A DNA stretch of 64,000 bases from a virus: positions 20,204 through 84,203 of IMG/VR virus record IMGVR_UViG_3300033150_001207; one strand, 5' to 3'. Every line of letters starts with the position of its first letter. Position 1 is the stretch's first letter. This document shows, piece after piece, positions 8,874-18,500 of this stretch. The notes under the pieces were generated by a model, which did no database searches, had not been told where the DNA came from, and was given only the letters and a program-made list of their open reading frames with translations. The position numbers were made by a program, and so were the translations under genes.

Positions 8874-10079
8874 ATGAAAGATCCACGGGAAGAACAGGCA
8901 GAAGAAGCGGTAAAAAGAGGGGAAGAAATTCAAGCTAAACTTTATAATGTTAGCAAAGAGGAAACTGTCCCTGTAGAAGCTTCTAAATCTCAGGAAATTA
9001 AACCTGATGAGAAAAAGCCAGAAAAGCAAGCCGAGAAGTCTGGCAAAAAGAGTAAAGAGGGCATTGAGCCTACTCAGGAATCCAAATCTGGTAGTAAAAA
9101 ACCAGAGGAAGAAACCTGGAAAAGCAAGTTTGATACTTTGCAGGGTAAATATAATGCCGAGATTGCTAAACTCAAAGCCAGAGTAGAGGAAGCTGAAAAG
9201 AGAGCAAGTGAGTGGAGAGATACTGTTGCTGAGATAGGGAAGTATAAAGCTACCGAAGCAAAGCAACGGGAAAAACCAGAAAAAGTTCCAGAAATTAAAG
9301 CACCAAAGATTGATTCTGTTGTTGCGCAACCGCAAAAGCACGTTACTGATGAGGACCTAGAAGATTACGGTCCTGAGCAGTATAATTATGTCAAGCGTGT
9401 TGCTCAAGAGGTTGTCGATAACGCATTGTTCAATTTCAATAAGGCTATTGGCGATGTTATTGAGAAACGGTTCAATCAAATCGAGGGAAGAATTGCTCCT
9501 GTCGCTGATGATTTAAAAACCGTTAAAGCGACACAGGTAAAATCAAGGGAAGATAAATTCTGGGAGGATATAGATAGATTGTGTCCTGATTTACAGCAAT
9601 ATAACTATGATCCTGCTTTTAACGATTGGCTTGACCAACCGTCTGTTGAGGCTGGTTTTAAACGTAGAGAGTTGCTCAATGATGCTTTCTACAATCTTGA
9701 CGCTAACCGTGTTGCTCGACTTTTCAATGCATTTTTAAATAGTTCGCAAGTAAATAAACAGGTTACTACTCAGCCTGAAAGTGTTGCGGTGAGCGAACCT
9801 GTTACAGAGCAATCGGTAGCAGTTCCATCTGAGCCAGAGACACCAGTTGCTGGCAAACAAGTACCTACTGTAGACATTGAGGACTTGATTTCCCCGGGTG
9901 TGTCAAAAGCTGGGCAGTCAGCAATAGCTGTGGCAGAAAGCGATACCCCGCCTTTTAGTATAAAAACGTGGGAAAAAGCTAAGTCAGATTGGAATAATAA
10001 GAGAATATCTCTCGAAGACTACGAAAAGATTCATGCCGAGTTCGACGCCGCATTAAGGGAAGGAAGGGTAGTACCATAA
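8874..10079 (+). CDS. Capsid scaffolding protein
   Basis: E/K-rich coiled coil, WKSKFDTLQGKYNAE, DPAFNDWL, C-terminal AALREGRV; directly before the capsid gene. Confidence 0.8.
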   Translation: MKDPREEQAEEAVKRGEEIQAKLYNVSKEETVPVEASKSQEIKPDEKKPEKQAEKSGKKSKEGIEPTQESKSGSKKPEEETWKSKFDTLQGKYNAEIAKLKARVEEAEKRASEWRDTVAEIGKYKATEAKQREKPEKVPEIKAPKIDSVVAQPQKHVTDEDLEDYGPEQYNYVKRVAQEVVDNALFNFNKAIGDVIEKRFNQIEGRIAPVADDLKTVKATQVKSREDKFWEDIDRLCPDLQQYNYDPAFNDWLDQPSVEAGFKRRELLNDAFYNLDANRVARLFNAFLNSSQVNKQVTTQPESVAVSEPVTEQSVAVPSEPETPVAGKQVPTVDIEDLISPGVSKAGQSAIAVAESDTPPFSIKTWEKAKSDWNNKRISLEDYEKIHAEFDAALREGRVVP

Positions 10080-10098
10080 GTTTGAAAGAGGTTTAATA

Positions 10099-10734
10099 AT
10101 GGCTGTTTACAACCGAGCTCAGGGTATGCCAAATTATTCCGCAGATAGCGGTGGAAACTTTATTCCTGAACTGTGGGCGCCCCGTATGCAAATCAGGTTT
10201 TATAAAGCCAATGTATTCAGAGCTATTTCCAATAATAGTTATGAAGGAGAGATTAAGCAATTTGGCGACACGGTTCATATAAACACATATCCTGACATCG
10301 ACATTTTCGATTATGTTAAAGGTCAAAAACTTCCTATTCAAACACCAAGCTCCACTCCTTCAAGTCTTACTATCGATAAGGGTAAGGCTTTCAACTTTTT
10401 AGTTGATGATGTGGACAAGGTACAGTCAAGACCCGATCTCACAAAAGAGTTCGGTGATACTGCCGGGTTACAATTGGCAGAGGAAATAGACAAGGATGTT
10501 ATTCAAGGTGTTTATTCCGATGCTGATTCCGACAATGTTGGTGCGACTGCTGGTGCAGAATCAAATTCCTATGATATGGGTGCTGCGTCTGCATACGAAA
10601 GTCTCACCAAGACCACAATTCTTGACTATATCGTTGACATGGGTTCTATTTTGGATGAACAGAACGTTCCTAATGATGGCAAGCGCTGGGTTGTTTTTAC
10701 ACCCTGGGCTGCTGGACTCATTAGAAAATCGGAT
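10099..10734 (+). CDS. Major capsid protein, exon 1 (212 codons)
   Basis: GNFIPELWA, YEGEIKQFGDTVHI, LTIDKGKAFNF, LDEQNVPNDGKRW; joins exon 2 as ...IRKSD|LKDVSMTGD to give 312 aa. Confidence 0.9.
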
Positions 10735-11661
10735 TCAAAAAGGGTCCCCTGCGTTAGTAATATCGCAGTGTAAATCAGGTGAATTGCTGGAATACTGAAA
10801 TGTAAATCAGCAGCCAAGCCCTTAAATGGGAAGGTCCAACGACTAATTCCTGAGTCTTAAAAAGTCTAAACTTTTATGTCGGAGACTTAAAATGAACAAA
10901 TATGATAGGGGAGTATTAATTGGTATGGCTCTTGGGGATGGATATATAAAAGTTAAAAGTGATGCTGATAGAATCAAAAAAAGAAACCCTTCGGCACAAA
11001 TGTCTTTTAGTCATAGCATAAAACAAAAAGAATATGCTCAATACAAAGTAGATAGATTGAATAAAATATTTGGTGGAAATGCTACTTTGAGAACTGGGGT
11101 ATATAAAAGTACAAACGGCGAAAGCTATAAAATATGTTATGCAAATAAGAGTAATCCATATTTTAAAGTGTTAAGAAGAATGCTTTATAAAAATGGTCAA
11201 AAATATATAACAAGGCATGTACTTAATATGTTAAATCCAGATGGTATTGCAATATGGTTTATGGATGATGGTAGCCGTAGGGCAAACAAGAATCTTGATG
11301 GTAAAATATCGTCAGTAGCTTTAACAATAAGTACGTGTTGTTCACGAGAAGAAGTTGACTCTATAATTGACTATTTTAATGAAATATATGGAATAGGGTT
11401 TAAACCAGCATTACACAAAAGAACTAGTTTATGGTCTGTAAGAGCCAATACATATGACTCGAAAATGTTGGCAAATCTTATAATGCCATATATGATTGAT
11501 TCTATGAAATACAAACTATCATTTGTTACAAAACTCAGGGAACACGAGCTCCTGAAGTCCAATAATCAGTTATATATTGTTGGATTATGAGATAGTCTAA
11601 ACTTACGGAAATAGAAACCGTAAGAAGTTTAGGATAAAGAGCCTAAACGGTAATAAAATTG
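10735..11661 (+). mobile_element. Group I self-splicing intron in the major capsid gene
   Basis: P1 GGAUUC/GGGUCC with U10734.G wobble; P2 CUGCG/CGCAG; P3 UCAGG/CCUGA; P/Q UUGCUG/CAGCAG; R GUCCAACGACUA; S GAGAUAGUC (P7 GACUA/UAGUC); P9 hairpins CUUACGG/CCGUAAG and GUUUAGG/CCUAAAC; terminal G11661; splicing restores the frame. Confidence 0.93.
10892..11590 (+). CDS. Intron-encoded double-motif LAGLIDADG homing endonuclease
   Basis: Motif 1 VLIGMALGDGYI, motif 2 GIAIWFMDDGS; K-rich, AT-rich; lies between P3' and P7' (P8 loop). Confidence 0.92.
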   Translation: MNKYDRGVLIGMALGDGYIKVKSDADRIKKRNPSAQMSFSHSIKQKEYAQYKVDRLNKIFGGNATLRTGVYKSTNGESYKICYANKSNPYFKVLRRMLYKNGQKYITRHVLNMLNPDGIAIWFMDDGSRRANKNLDGKISSVALTISTCCSREEVDSIIDYFNEIYGIGFKPALHKRTSLWSVRANTYDSKMLANLIMPYMIDSMKYKLSFVTKLREHELLKSNNQLYIVGL

Positions 11662-11964
11662 CTGAAAGATGTTTCCATGACTGGTGATACTGTATCACCG
11701 CTTCGTAATGGTAGAATCGGTATGATTAATAACATGAACATTCATGTTTCCAATAATGTACTTTCTACCACCGACGGTGGAACCACTGTCTGGTATATGC
11801 TTTTTGGTCATCCATTAGCGATTTCATTCGCAGAACAACTTGTCCAGACCCGTGCAATTCAGGCACCCGACACATTCGGATATTACATCAGTGGTCTCCA
11901 TGTTTATGGATACGACGTTGTTAAACCCGAAGCTTTAGGGTATCTGTATGCGGCGAAAGGCTAA
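11662..11964 (+). CDS. Major capsid protein, exon 2 (100 codons)
   Basis: LRNGRIGMINNMNIHVSNN, GHPLAISFAEQ, GLHVYGYDVVKPEAL: typical capsid C-terminus. Confidence 0.9.
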   Translation: MKDVSMTGDTVSPLRNGRIGMINNMNIHVSNNVLSTTDGGTTVWYMLFGHPLAISFAEQLVQTRAIQAPDTFGYYISGLHVYGYDVVKPEALGYLYAAKG

Positions 11965-12004
11965 TAATTGTTAATCTAAATCTTAGAAAGTAAGGGATTT
12001 TGAA

Positions 12005-12484
12005 ATGTCAACAACTTATGATTATATTGATGAGACTGATAAACAGTTTCATGGTGTTGATTTTCCTGTCGCTGGGTCTGAAAGGTTCACTGTTGTGGAA
12101 CGCACGTTCGATGCGGCTGAAGCATTGGACGATCTTGGTGCTTCCGCATGGGTAGCCAATGATGTTGTGAAACTTATTGATGTTCCTGCAAAAACACTTA
12201 TTCTGGGTATTTCTGTCAGGATTACATCTGCCGAGTCCACTGACAATGCTACTCTCGATATCGGAGACGGGGATGACCCGAACGGATGGGAAGATGGTAT
12301 TGACGCAACCACAACCACGCATATTTTCACTAAAACATATGCCAATGGTGGAAGTGTGACCGATAAAGATAACGGTTACTATGCTTCTGCGGATACAATT
12401 GACGCTGTGTTAGGTGATGTTGTGTGGACTGATGGTGTGTTCAATATTAAAGTAGTTATGGTTAATATGGCTGACGTCAATTAA
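12005..12484 (+). CDS. Head decoration/cement-like protein
   Basis: 159-aa acidic beta-rich ORF right after the capsid gene; VPAKTLILG, ATLDIGDG, YYASADTID. Confidence 0.6.
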   Translation: MSTTYDYIDETDKQFHGVDFPVAGSERFTVVERTFDAAEALDDLGASAWVANDVVKLIDVPAKTLILGISVRITSAESTDNATLDIGDGDDPNGWEDGIDATTTTHIFTKTYANGGSVTDKDNGYYASADTIDAVLGDVVWTDGVFNIKVVMVNMADVN

Positions 12485-12494
12485 TCAGACATAA

Positions 12495-12522
12495 TGTGGG
12501 GGTCTGAAATATGACCCCCATA
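12495..12522 (+). terminator. GC-rich hairpin after the head genes (possible terminator/processing site)
   Basis: TGGGGGTC-8nt-GACCCCCA; no U tract, so termination is uncertain. Confidence 0.4.
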
Positions 12523-12632
12523 CGAAATATAACATAGCAGGTACAGTTGTACTCATACCAAGCACAAAGTAGATATTAATAAGTATGAGTAATCTTGCCT
12601 AGTAATTCAGAGCATAGGAGAGGAGAACTATA

Positions 12633-13124
12633 ATGACTCGTTACATGAAACGGAAAGATTCGCCGCATGTAATCATATTCGACAAAAATCTTGTTAACGA
12701 TAACAGGTTTGAAATCTTGCCTGAGGATTTTGATATAAAACGTTATCAAGAAGAAATGGTTAAAACAAAAGGTAAACCAATACATACTATTGAATATTTT
12801 TCTCAGAGTGAGATTGGTAAACTTGTAGATAAAGAGCTTGGTTTTGAAAAAGAGCAATCGCCCGTTTCTGCAATACCAATATCACGGAATTCCAATGATA
12901 TGGATATCGGTATTGCCAGTTCCGATACTGCCGAACCAGAAGCTGTTTCCGAAACCGAGGAAGAATCCGAACAAGAATCGGTAGTTCATATGAAATTAGA
13001 GGAATTAAGGGCGCACATTGCCAACGCATACGGCGTTTCTGTTCCTCACAAAAAAACAAGAGACGAATTGCTCAGAATGGAAAGGGCATTGCGTCTGGGT
13101 TATGAGTATAAAGAAAAAGAGTGA
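12633..13124 (+). CDS. Hypothetical protein with C-terminal HeH/Rho-N-like helix pair
   Basis: GGAG RBS; acidic linker then MKLEELRAHIANAYGVSVPHKKTRDELL. Confidence 0.55.
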   Translation: MTRYMKRKDSPHVIIFDKNLVNDNRFEILPEDFDIKRYQEEMVKTKGKPIHTIEYFSQSEIGKLVDKELGFEKEQSPVSAIPISRNSNDMDIGIASSDTAEPEAVSETEEESEQESVVHMKLEELRAHIANAYGVSVPHKKTRDELLRMERALRLGYEYKEKE

Positions 13125-13135
13125 GAATATAGATA

Positions 13136-14119
13136 ATGACATATGATGATGTACTTAATAGAGTACGACGCAGAGTACGCGACTTTAAACATTTTACATG
13201 GGCAGAGGACGAAGTACGAGACTATATAAATGACGGATATAGAGAATTTGCCATGCTGACTCACTGTCTCAAAAAACATGGACAGATTATAATCTCTACC
13301 GATACTTCACTTTACGATGTTCCTTCCGATAATCTCATGATTTACCGTGCAGAGTGGGATGGTAAAGTATGTCCGATTCGCACTACGGAAGAAATGGACA
13401 AGATTTACGGTGGGCATGACTGGAGGAATACCGAAGGTGAGAATATAATGTATGTTATTCAGGATGGCGAGGGTTATCCGCAAATAAGGATATATCCTAT
13501 CATAACCGACTCTGACGATATTGGGCATTTGGTTACTGGTACAGATGGTAATACTTATAGATGTATTGTTGATCATACTGCTGATAGTGATAATAAACCT
13601 ATTACTGGTAGCGATTATGCAGATTACTGGGAAGCATATACTGGTAGTGGAACCGCTGATACATGGGTGAGTGGTACTGAGTATTACAAATATTTGGAAT
13701 TGGAATTAGATTACGTATATGTACCCACAGAACTACCTGTAGTTGTAAATGGAACTGACAGTAAAAGATATAAATGTATTCTTGACCATACTTCCTCAGC
13801 CGATGACAAACCTGTTACTGGTGATAATTATACTACATACTGGAGCGAATATATAGGTGATAAAAGCGGTGGTACGTGGATTACTAATACAGCATATGCA
13901 GGATATACGTATGATATTCCCGCAATGTATCATATAGCTCTCGTCGAATACGCAATATCACAATGCCAAAACGCCGAAGTGCAATCACAAAAGAAAGGCT
14001 ATTCGAGTAGTGCGCATTATGAAAGGTATATGAGAATGGTAAGAGCATGTAAACTAGAAACGGAAAGAGGATACGCTGTCGATAAATCGACAAAGGTTTA
14101 TGCAAGAAATTTCGTGTAG
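13136..14119 (+). CDS. Head-tail adaptor/ring protein 1, with two CBM5/12-like inserts
   Basis: N-terminal VRRR..D...W.EDEVRDYINDG helix pattern; duplicated GTD..Y.CI.DHT...D.KP.TG..Y..YW module. Confidence 0.65.
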   Translation: MTYDDVLNRVRRRVRDFKHFTWAEDEVRDYINDGYREFAMLTHCLKKHGQIIISTDTSLYDVPSDNLMIYRAEWDGKVCPIRTTEEMDKIYGGHDWRNTEGENIMYVIQDGEGYPQIRIYPIITDSDDIGHLVTGTDGNTYRCIVDHTADSDNKPITGSDYADYWEAYTGSGTADTWVSGTEYYKYLELELDYVYVPTELPVVVNGTDSKRYKCILDHTSSADDKPVTGDNYTTYWSEYIGDKSGGTWITNTAYAGYTYDIPAMYHIALVEYAISQCQNAEVQSQKKGYSSSAHYERYMRMVRACKLETERGYAVDKSTKVYARNFV

Positions 14120-14182
14120 ATAATAAGGGCTTTATATAGATTTGGCAGGTGATAATATTAATATTTTTAAGGAGATAATACT

Positions 14183-14872
14183 ATGGCATATACAGACAAA
14201 GAGGTAGCTGACCTCACTACGGAAGTACGTCGTTTATTTAATGAGCCTGTTCCCATGTCAATCACGGATACTGACATTAATAAATGGCTGGACTTTGCGG
14301 TAAATAAAATGTCGGATGCGGGATTATTAGGTGAAGTTACGGAAGAGTTACAATTTGACGGTTCAACACCGGAACAAAAGCTCGCATATACAATTTTCCA
14401 TCCGGTGGCTGTGATTTATGAAGGCGCAAGCACTTCTACTCCAGGCGCTACATCAAGTCCAGTACAAGCGCCTTTTGCATTGACAAAGACAAACTATAGG
14501 CAAATGGCTCATAATCAAACAGACCCCGGTGCTAGTAGTACGTATCCAACGGAATGGTGGGCTGAAGGTGGGTATATACATTTCTGGCCTCCGCCTGGTA
14601 CTGATTTGGCAAATCATTATATAAGAGTCTTTGGTTATACAAGATATGATACTTACGATAAAACTAAAGTTCCGTCATGGTTGCAGGAATATACAATCTG
14701 GTATGCGCTTTCTATGGCATTTGAGAAGATTGGTAATTATGCGGCAGCGCAGCAATATATGAGTGTGTTTGATAATTTTATATCATTCCATAGACAGGAA
14801 ATGATAAGCGACATTATAGATGCTAAAGACGATATGCGACAAAAAGATAGAACTCAGGTGATAGGGGGATAA
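14183..14872 (+). CDS. Head-tail adaptor/ring protein 2 (paralogue)
   Basis: EVRRLFNEP...DTDINKWLD; FWPPP; VPSWLQEYTIWYALSMAFEK. Confidence 0.65.
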   Translation: MAYTDKEVADLTTEVRRLFNEPVPMSITDTDINKWLDFAVNKMSDAGLLGEVTEELQFDGSTPEQKLAYTIFHPVAVIYEGASTSTPGATSSPVQAPFALTKTNYRQMAHNQTDPGASSTYPTEWWAEGGYIHFWPPPGTDLANHYIRVFGYTRYDTYDKTKVPSWLQEYTIWYALSMAFEKIGNYAAAQQYMSVFDNFISFHRQEMISDIIDAKDDMRQKDRTQVIGG

Positions 14873-14875
14873 TAA

Positions 14876-15574
14876 ATGGCTGATTTAGCAATAGCTGATG
14901 CAATATTAGAAGTTCGGAGAAGGATTAACGAACCTAGCGAAAAAGTAATTCTTGATACAGAAATAACTGAATGGTTACACAGAGGTGCGAGAAATGTTTC
15001 CGCTATTACTCTATGTAATACTGCAACAACTGGCTCTGATTCCACTTTTGTGCAAAATACATTCAGATATCCTATAACATCAGATTTTATAAAACTTGAT
15101 ACCGCTATACGTATAAAAAGTGATGGCTCTACGGAGCTGGAGGGGTTACAGCGTATTCACCCAAGACACACTGGCCATGTTGGTGGAGGAAGTACACCTG
15201 GGACACCTAAATTTTGGTTTAACTGGCATGAAGCTGGCCAGCCAACCTATATAAATTATTTGTACACATATCCCACTGCAAGTTCTACCGCCGCTACCGG
15301 GTCAAGCGGGGTAAGAATTCGTGGATACCTAATCGTAGATGACTATGGCGATGGCGACCAATTACCCGACTGGGCGAACAATCTTGCTATTCTTTACGCT
15401 GTAGCGTGCGCCCATATTAAAGAAGGTAAACACGCAAAAGCGGCTGTGGAAATACAACGATATATGAATGCGGTAATGAATGCTCGCAGAATATTCTACG
15501 AAAGTAATCAAGTACCCGATACCGCTGATATGAGAAAATTACCTGACACAAAAATATATCCCGAAAGGCAATAA
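14876..15574 (+). CDS. Head-tail adaptor/ring protein 3 (paralogue)
   Basis: EVRRRINEP...DTEITEWLH; TYPTA; LPDWANNLAILYAVACAHIK. Confidence 0.65.
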   Translation: MADLAIADAILEVRRRINEPSEKVILDTEITEWLHRGARNVSAITLCNTATTGSDSTFVQNTFRYPITSDFIKLDTAIRIKSDGSTELEGLQRIHPRHTGHVGGGSTPGTPKFWFNWHEAGQPTYINYLYTYPTASSTAATGSSGVRIRGYLIVDDYGDGDQLPDWANNLAILYAVACAHIKEGKHAKAAVEIQRYMNAVMNARRIFYESNQVPDTADMRKLPDTKIYPERQ

Positions 15575-15577
15575 CAA

Positions 15578-18500
15578 ATGGCTGAAGAAGATTTAGTTAT
15601 ACAGCCCGACCAGACACCAGAACTCAGAACCGATATTCCGCAGGCACCGGATACTACTGTTGTAAATGGCGATATAGTGCCAAATTTGAGGACTGATATT
15701 CCGCAGGCGCCGGATACCGTGGTTACGGATAGCGACACGAAACCTACTTTGAATATTGATATACCGACAGCGCCAGATACGATAGTTACGGATACCGCGA
15801 TAACACCAAAGCTTGATACAGAGTTTCCGACTGCCCCCGATACAGTTGTTACAGTACCAGATTCAGTACCCCAGCTTTCTCAGGAATTTCCAGTCGCTGA
15901 CGATATACCATTGGAACGTGCTGAGTTTTCGTTCGCAAGAGGTAGATGGTTACCCAAGGGTGATGCACTGACAATCGGCGAGGAAAATTTCAGTGAGCTT
16001 GAGAACTTCAGGTATACCGATTTTGGACTGGAGGGTGTTGGTGGATTTACGAGGTTAAATGGTAATTACAAAATCGCTACTAGTATAGAAAACGGTATAC
16101 AGCTCACTACCAATTACAGTGCTGCGCCTTCTTATGTAATTGTGCAGTCTGGCGAGAGCCCTAAAAATTATTATTACTATACTGATGCTATTCCCAATGC
16201 TGTAAGTGGTGCTGCCACTGCATTGCACAGTGGGGTAGCGGGTAACTCTACTGCAAGATTTTCAAAATTGCCCAATGGGCATATTGGAATATGCGACGGG
16301 AAGGAAAATTTAATATGGGCAGGCGAACAAATGCCTGTTGGAGCATTTTTGGTAGCAGATATCGTTGATGGTACTATAGCCTATTTTCCTCAGATGGTTG
16401 ATGATGACCACATACAAGATTTTACAAATATAATCAATAATACGTTGAATGATTCAAATAATTATGTAGACTTAAACTATGTAACAACGGCATTTGGAGA
16501 TGATAGTTCTACGGTTACAGTCGCTAATACTTCTGGTAATATTATGAGATATACCGATAATGAAGTTGTTGACCATCATTGTGATTTTGTTACCAATGGA
16601 TTAGCTGTTGGACATGCTATAGTAGTAAAAAAAGGCGGTCCGTTTGGTGGTACAAATGAAGGTATGTTTAAAGTTACTGCAGTTGCGGAAACTTATTTTG
16701 AGGTAGAAAATCCTGATGGTGCTCTTGAGGGACCGGTAACTCTGACTGCTGATGCAATACGAACATGGGGAAAAAGAATATTAATAGGTACTACAAGAAG
16801 AGCAAGGGGATTTACTTTTGATATAGAAACAGCTAATACAAAATCTGCAACTTTAACGGAAATATATGTTATTGCTCCAACGACAGGGGCATTTACAGGA
16901 ATAACCACTGGGGCTTCGGTAATTACTGATGGTACTGAAGTTGGCGGGAAAACTATGGCTCAAAGTGGTAGTGTTACGTGGACTGATCCTGAAATAGACG
17001 AAGTAAAAACATTCTTTAAGGGATATTATTTATACTGGTATTTATTAGGAATAAGCGATTGTAATGCCAATATTGCCAATGTTACGGCAAAATGTGATGT
17101 TCAAAGCTTATCCGATATATGGGATGGAGTTTATAGAAAACCTATTTTATGTAAATACTATGACGATGATAATACTCCCTCGGTAAGAGATTATACACTT
17201 GAAATCAACACAAAAACCCCGATTACACAGCAGACAAATACTGACATTGACCCATATACTGTACCGATACAGAATATGGAACCTAAAATTGACTATTTGA
17301 CTGTTATGTTTGAAGAACCAATTAGGGCTTCAATTATTAATCTATACACTTATAAAACTGGTAATTCAGCAACACAAGACGGAACTGTAAATGTTAGATA
17401 CAATGTTGGTGATACGTGGTGTAATGTTAGAAGAATAATAAGGGATTCCACCGCGGTTCCCGGCTATAACCAGGGTGGATATGCTATTGGTGATTTCAGA
17501 AATCACACACAATTCCTGCCATTTTATAGAAGTGGTGTAATTCAGTGGCGGATAGACCCTACTCAAGTTGCACCAGAAAGAAGTGTAACTATAGATGGAA
17601 TTACAGGTTATGCATACAAATTCGTTACAGAAACTACAAAAATAACTGGCGATGTACAAATAGACACGATAGATGGTATTCCTGATCTACCAGAAATAGA
17701 TACGTTATACATATTCCCATTCCAATACAAGAACCGAGCTATGTGGTGCGGTGCTATATCAGACAATGAGAAGAATCGTGTAGATTATAGTAAAACCAAT
17801 ACCGTAGATGTATATAATGGTATGGATGCAAGCGGGTTTCATCACGAACGTTCGTTGTATTTTGGCGATCACCGCGCGCTTACAGGTGCTATTGAACTGT
17901 TTAATCAATATGGTGATACCGTGGAATCGATAGCTTTGTTCTTCAAAGATACCGAAACGTATATGCTTACTGGTTACAATCCAGAAACATTTAAGATACA
18001 TAGAATATCAAATTCTATTGGTTGCCCAGCGCCTTTGACTATTACTTCTGCCGAGGTATCACTTAAAGTTGAAGATGCGCCCGCTCAGAATATTGCATTA
18101 TGGTTGAGTGATAAAGGACCGAAAATGTATATTAATAATACTATACGTAGTATAAAAGGCGTCGAGAATTATTTCCAGCAAAGCGAAACAGAGGCAATAA
18201 ACACATCGTATTTTAGCATATGCAGGGCATGGTTCAATTCAGACTATCAAGAATGGAACTTGCTTATACCTTCTGGTTCTGGACAAACTACCATAAATAC
18301 ATGGTTAGTATACGATTTAATACGCGACAGATGGTATAAAAACACACCGACAGACGATTTTCCAGAAGGTGCATTCCCAGTTGTAGACACTAATGGGTTA
18401 TCATATAATTATGGATACACTACCGATAACGGTGGTGTATTATTACGCATGGAAAATGGACTTAAATGGGGCGACACCGATGATATAGAAAACAAAGTAA

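Noticed and set aside
10099-10773. Complete 224-aa capsid protein, or capsid split by frameshift or intein
   Set aside because: The last 12 residues are intron sequence; stops separate the parts, no intein Cys/His-Asn ends, and group I core elements explain the split.
15623-15904. CRISPR array
   Set aside because: The repeats are in-frame 63-bp coding repeats with codon-level divergence; no constant repeat/unique spacer pattern here or elsewhere.
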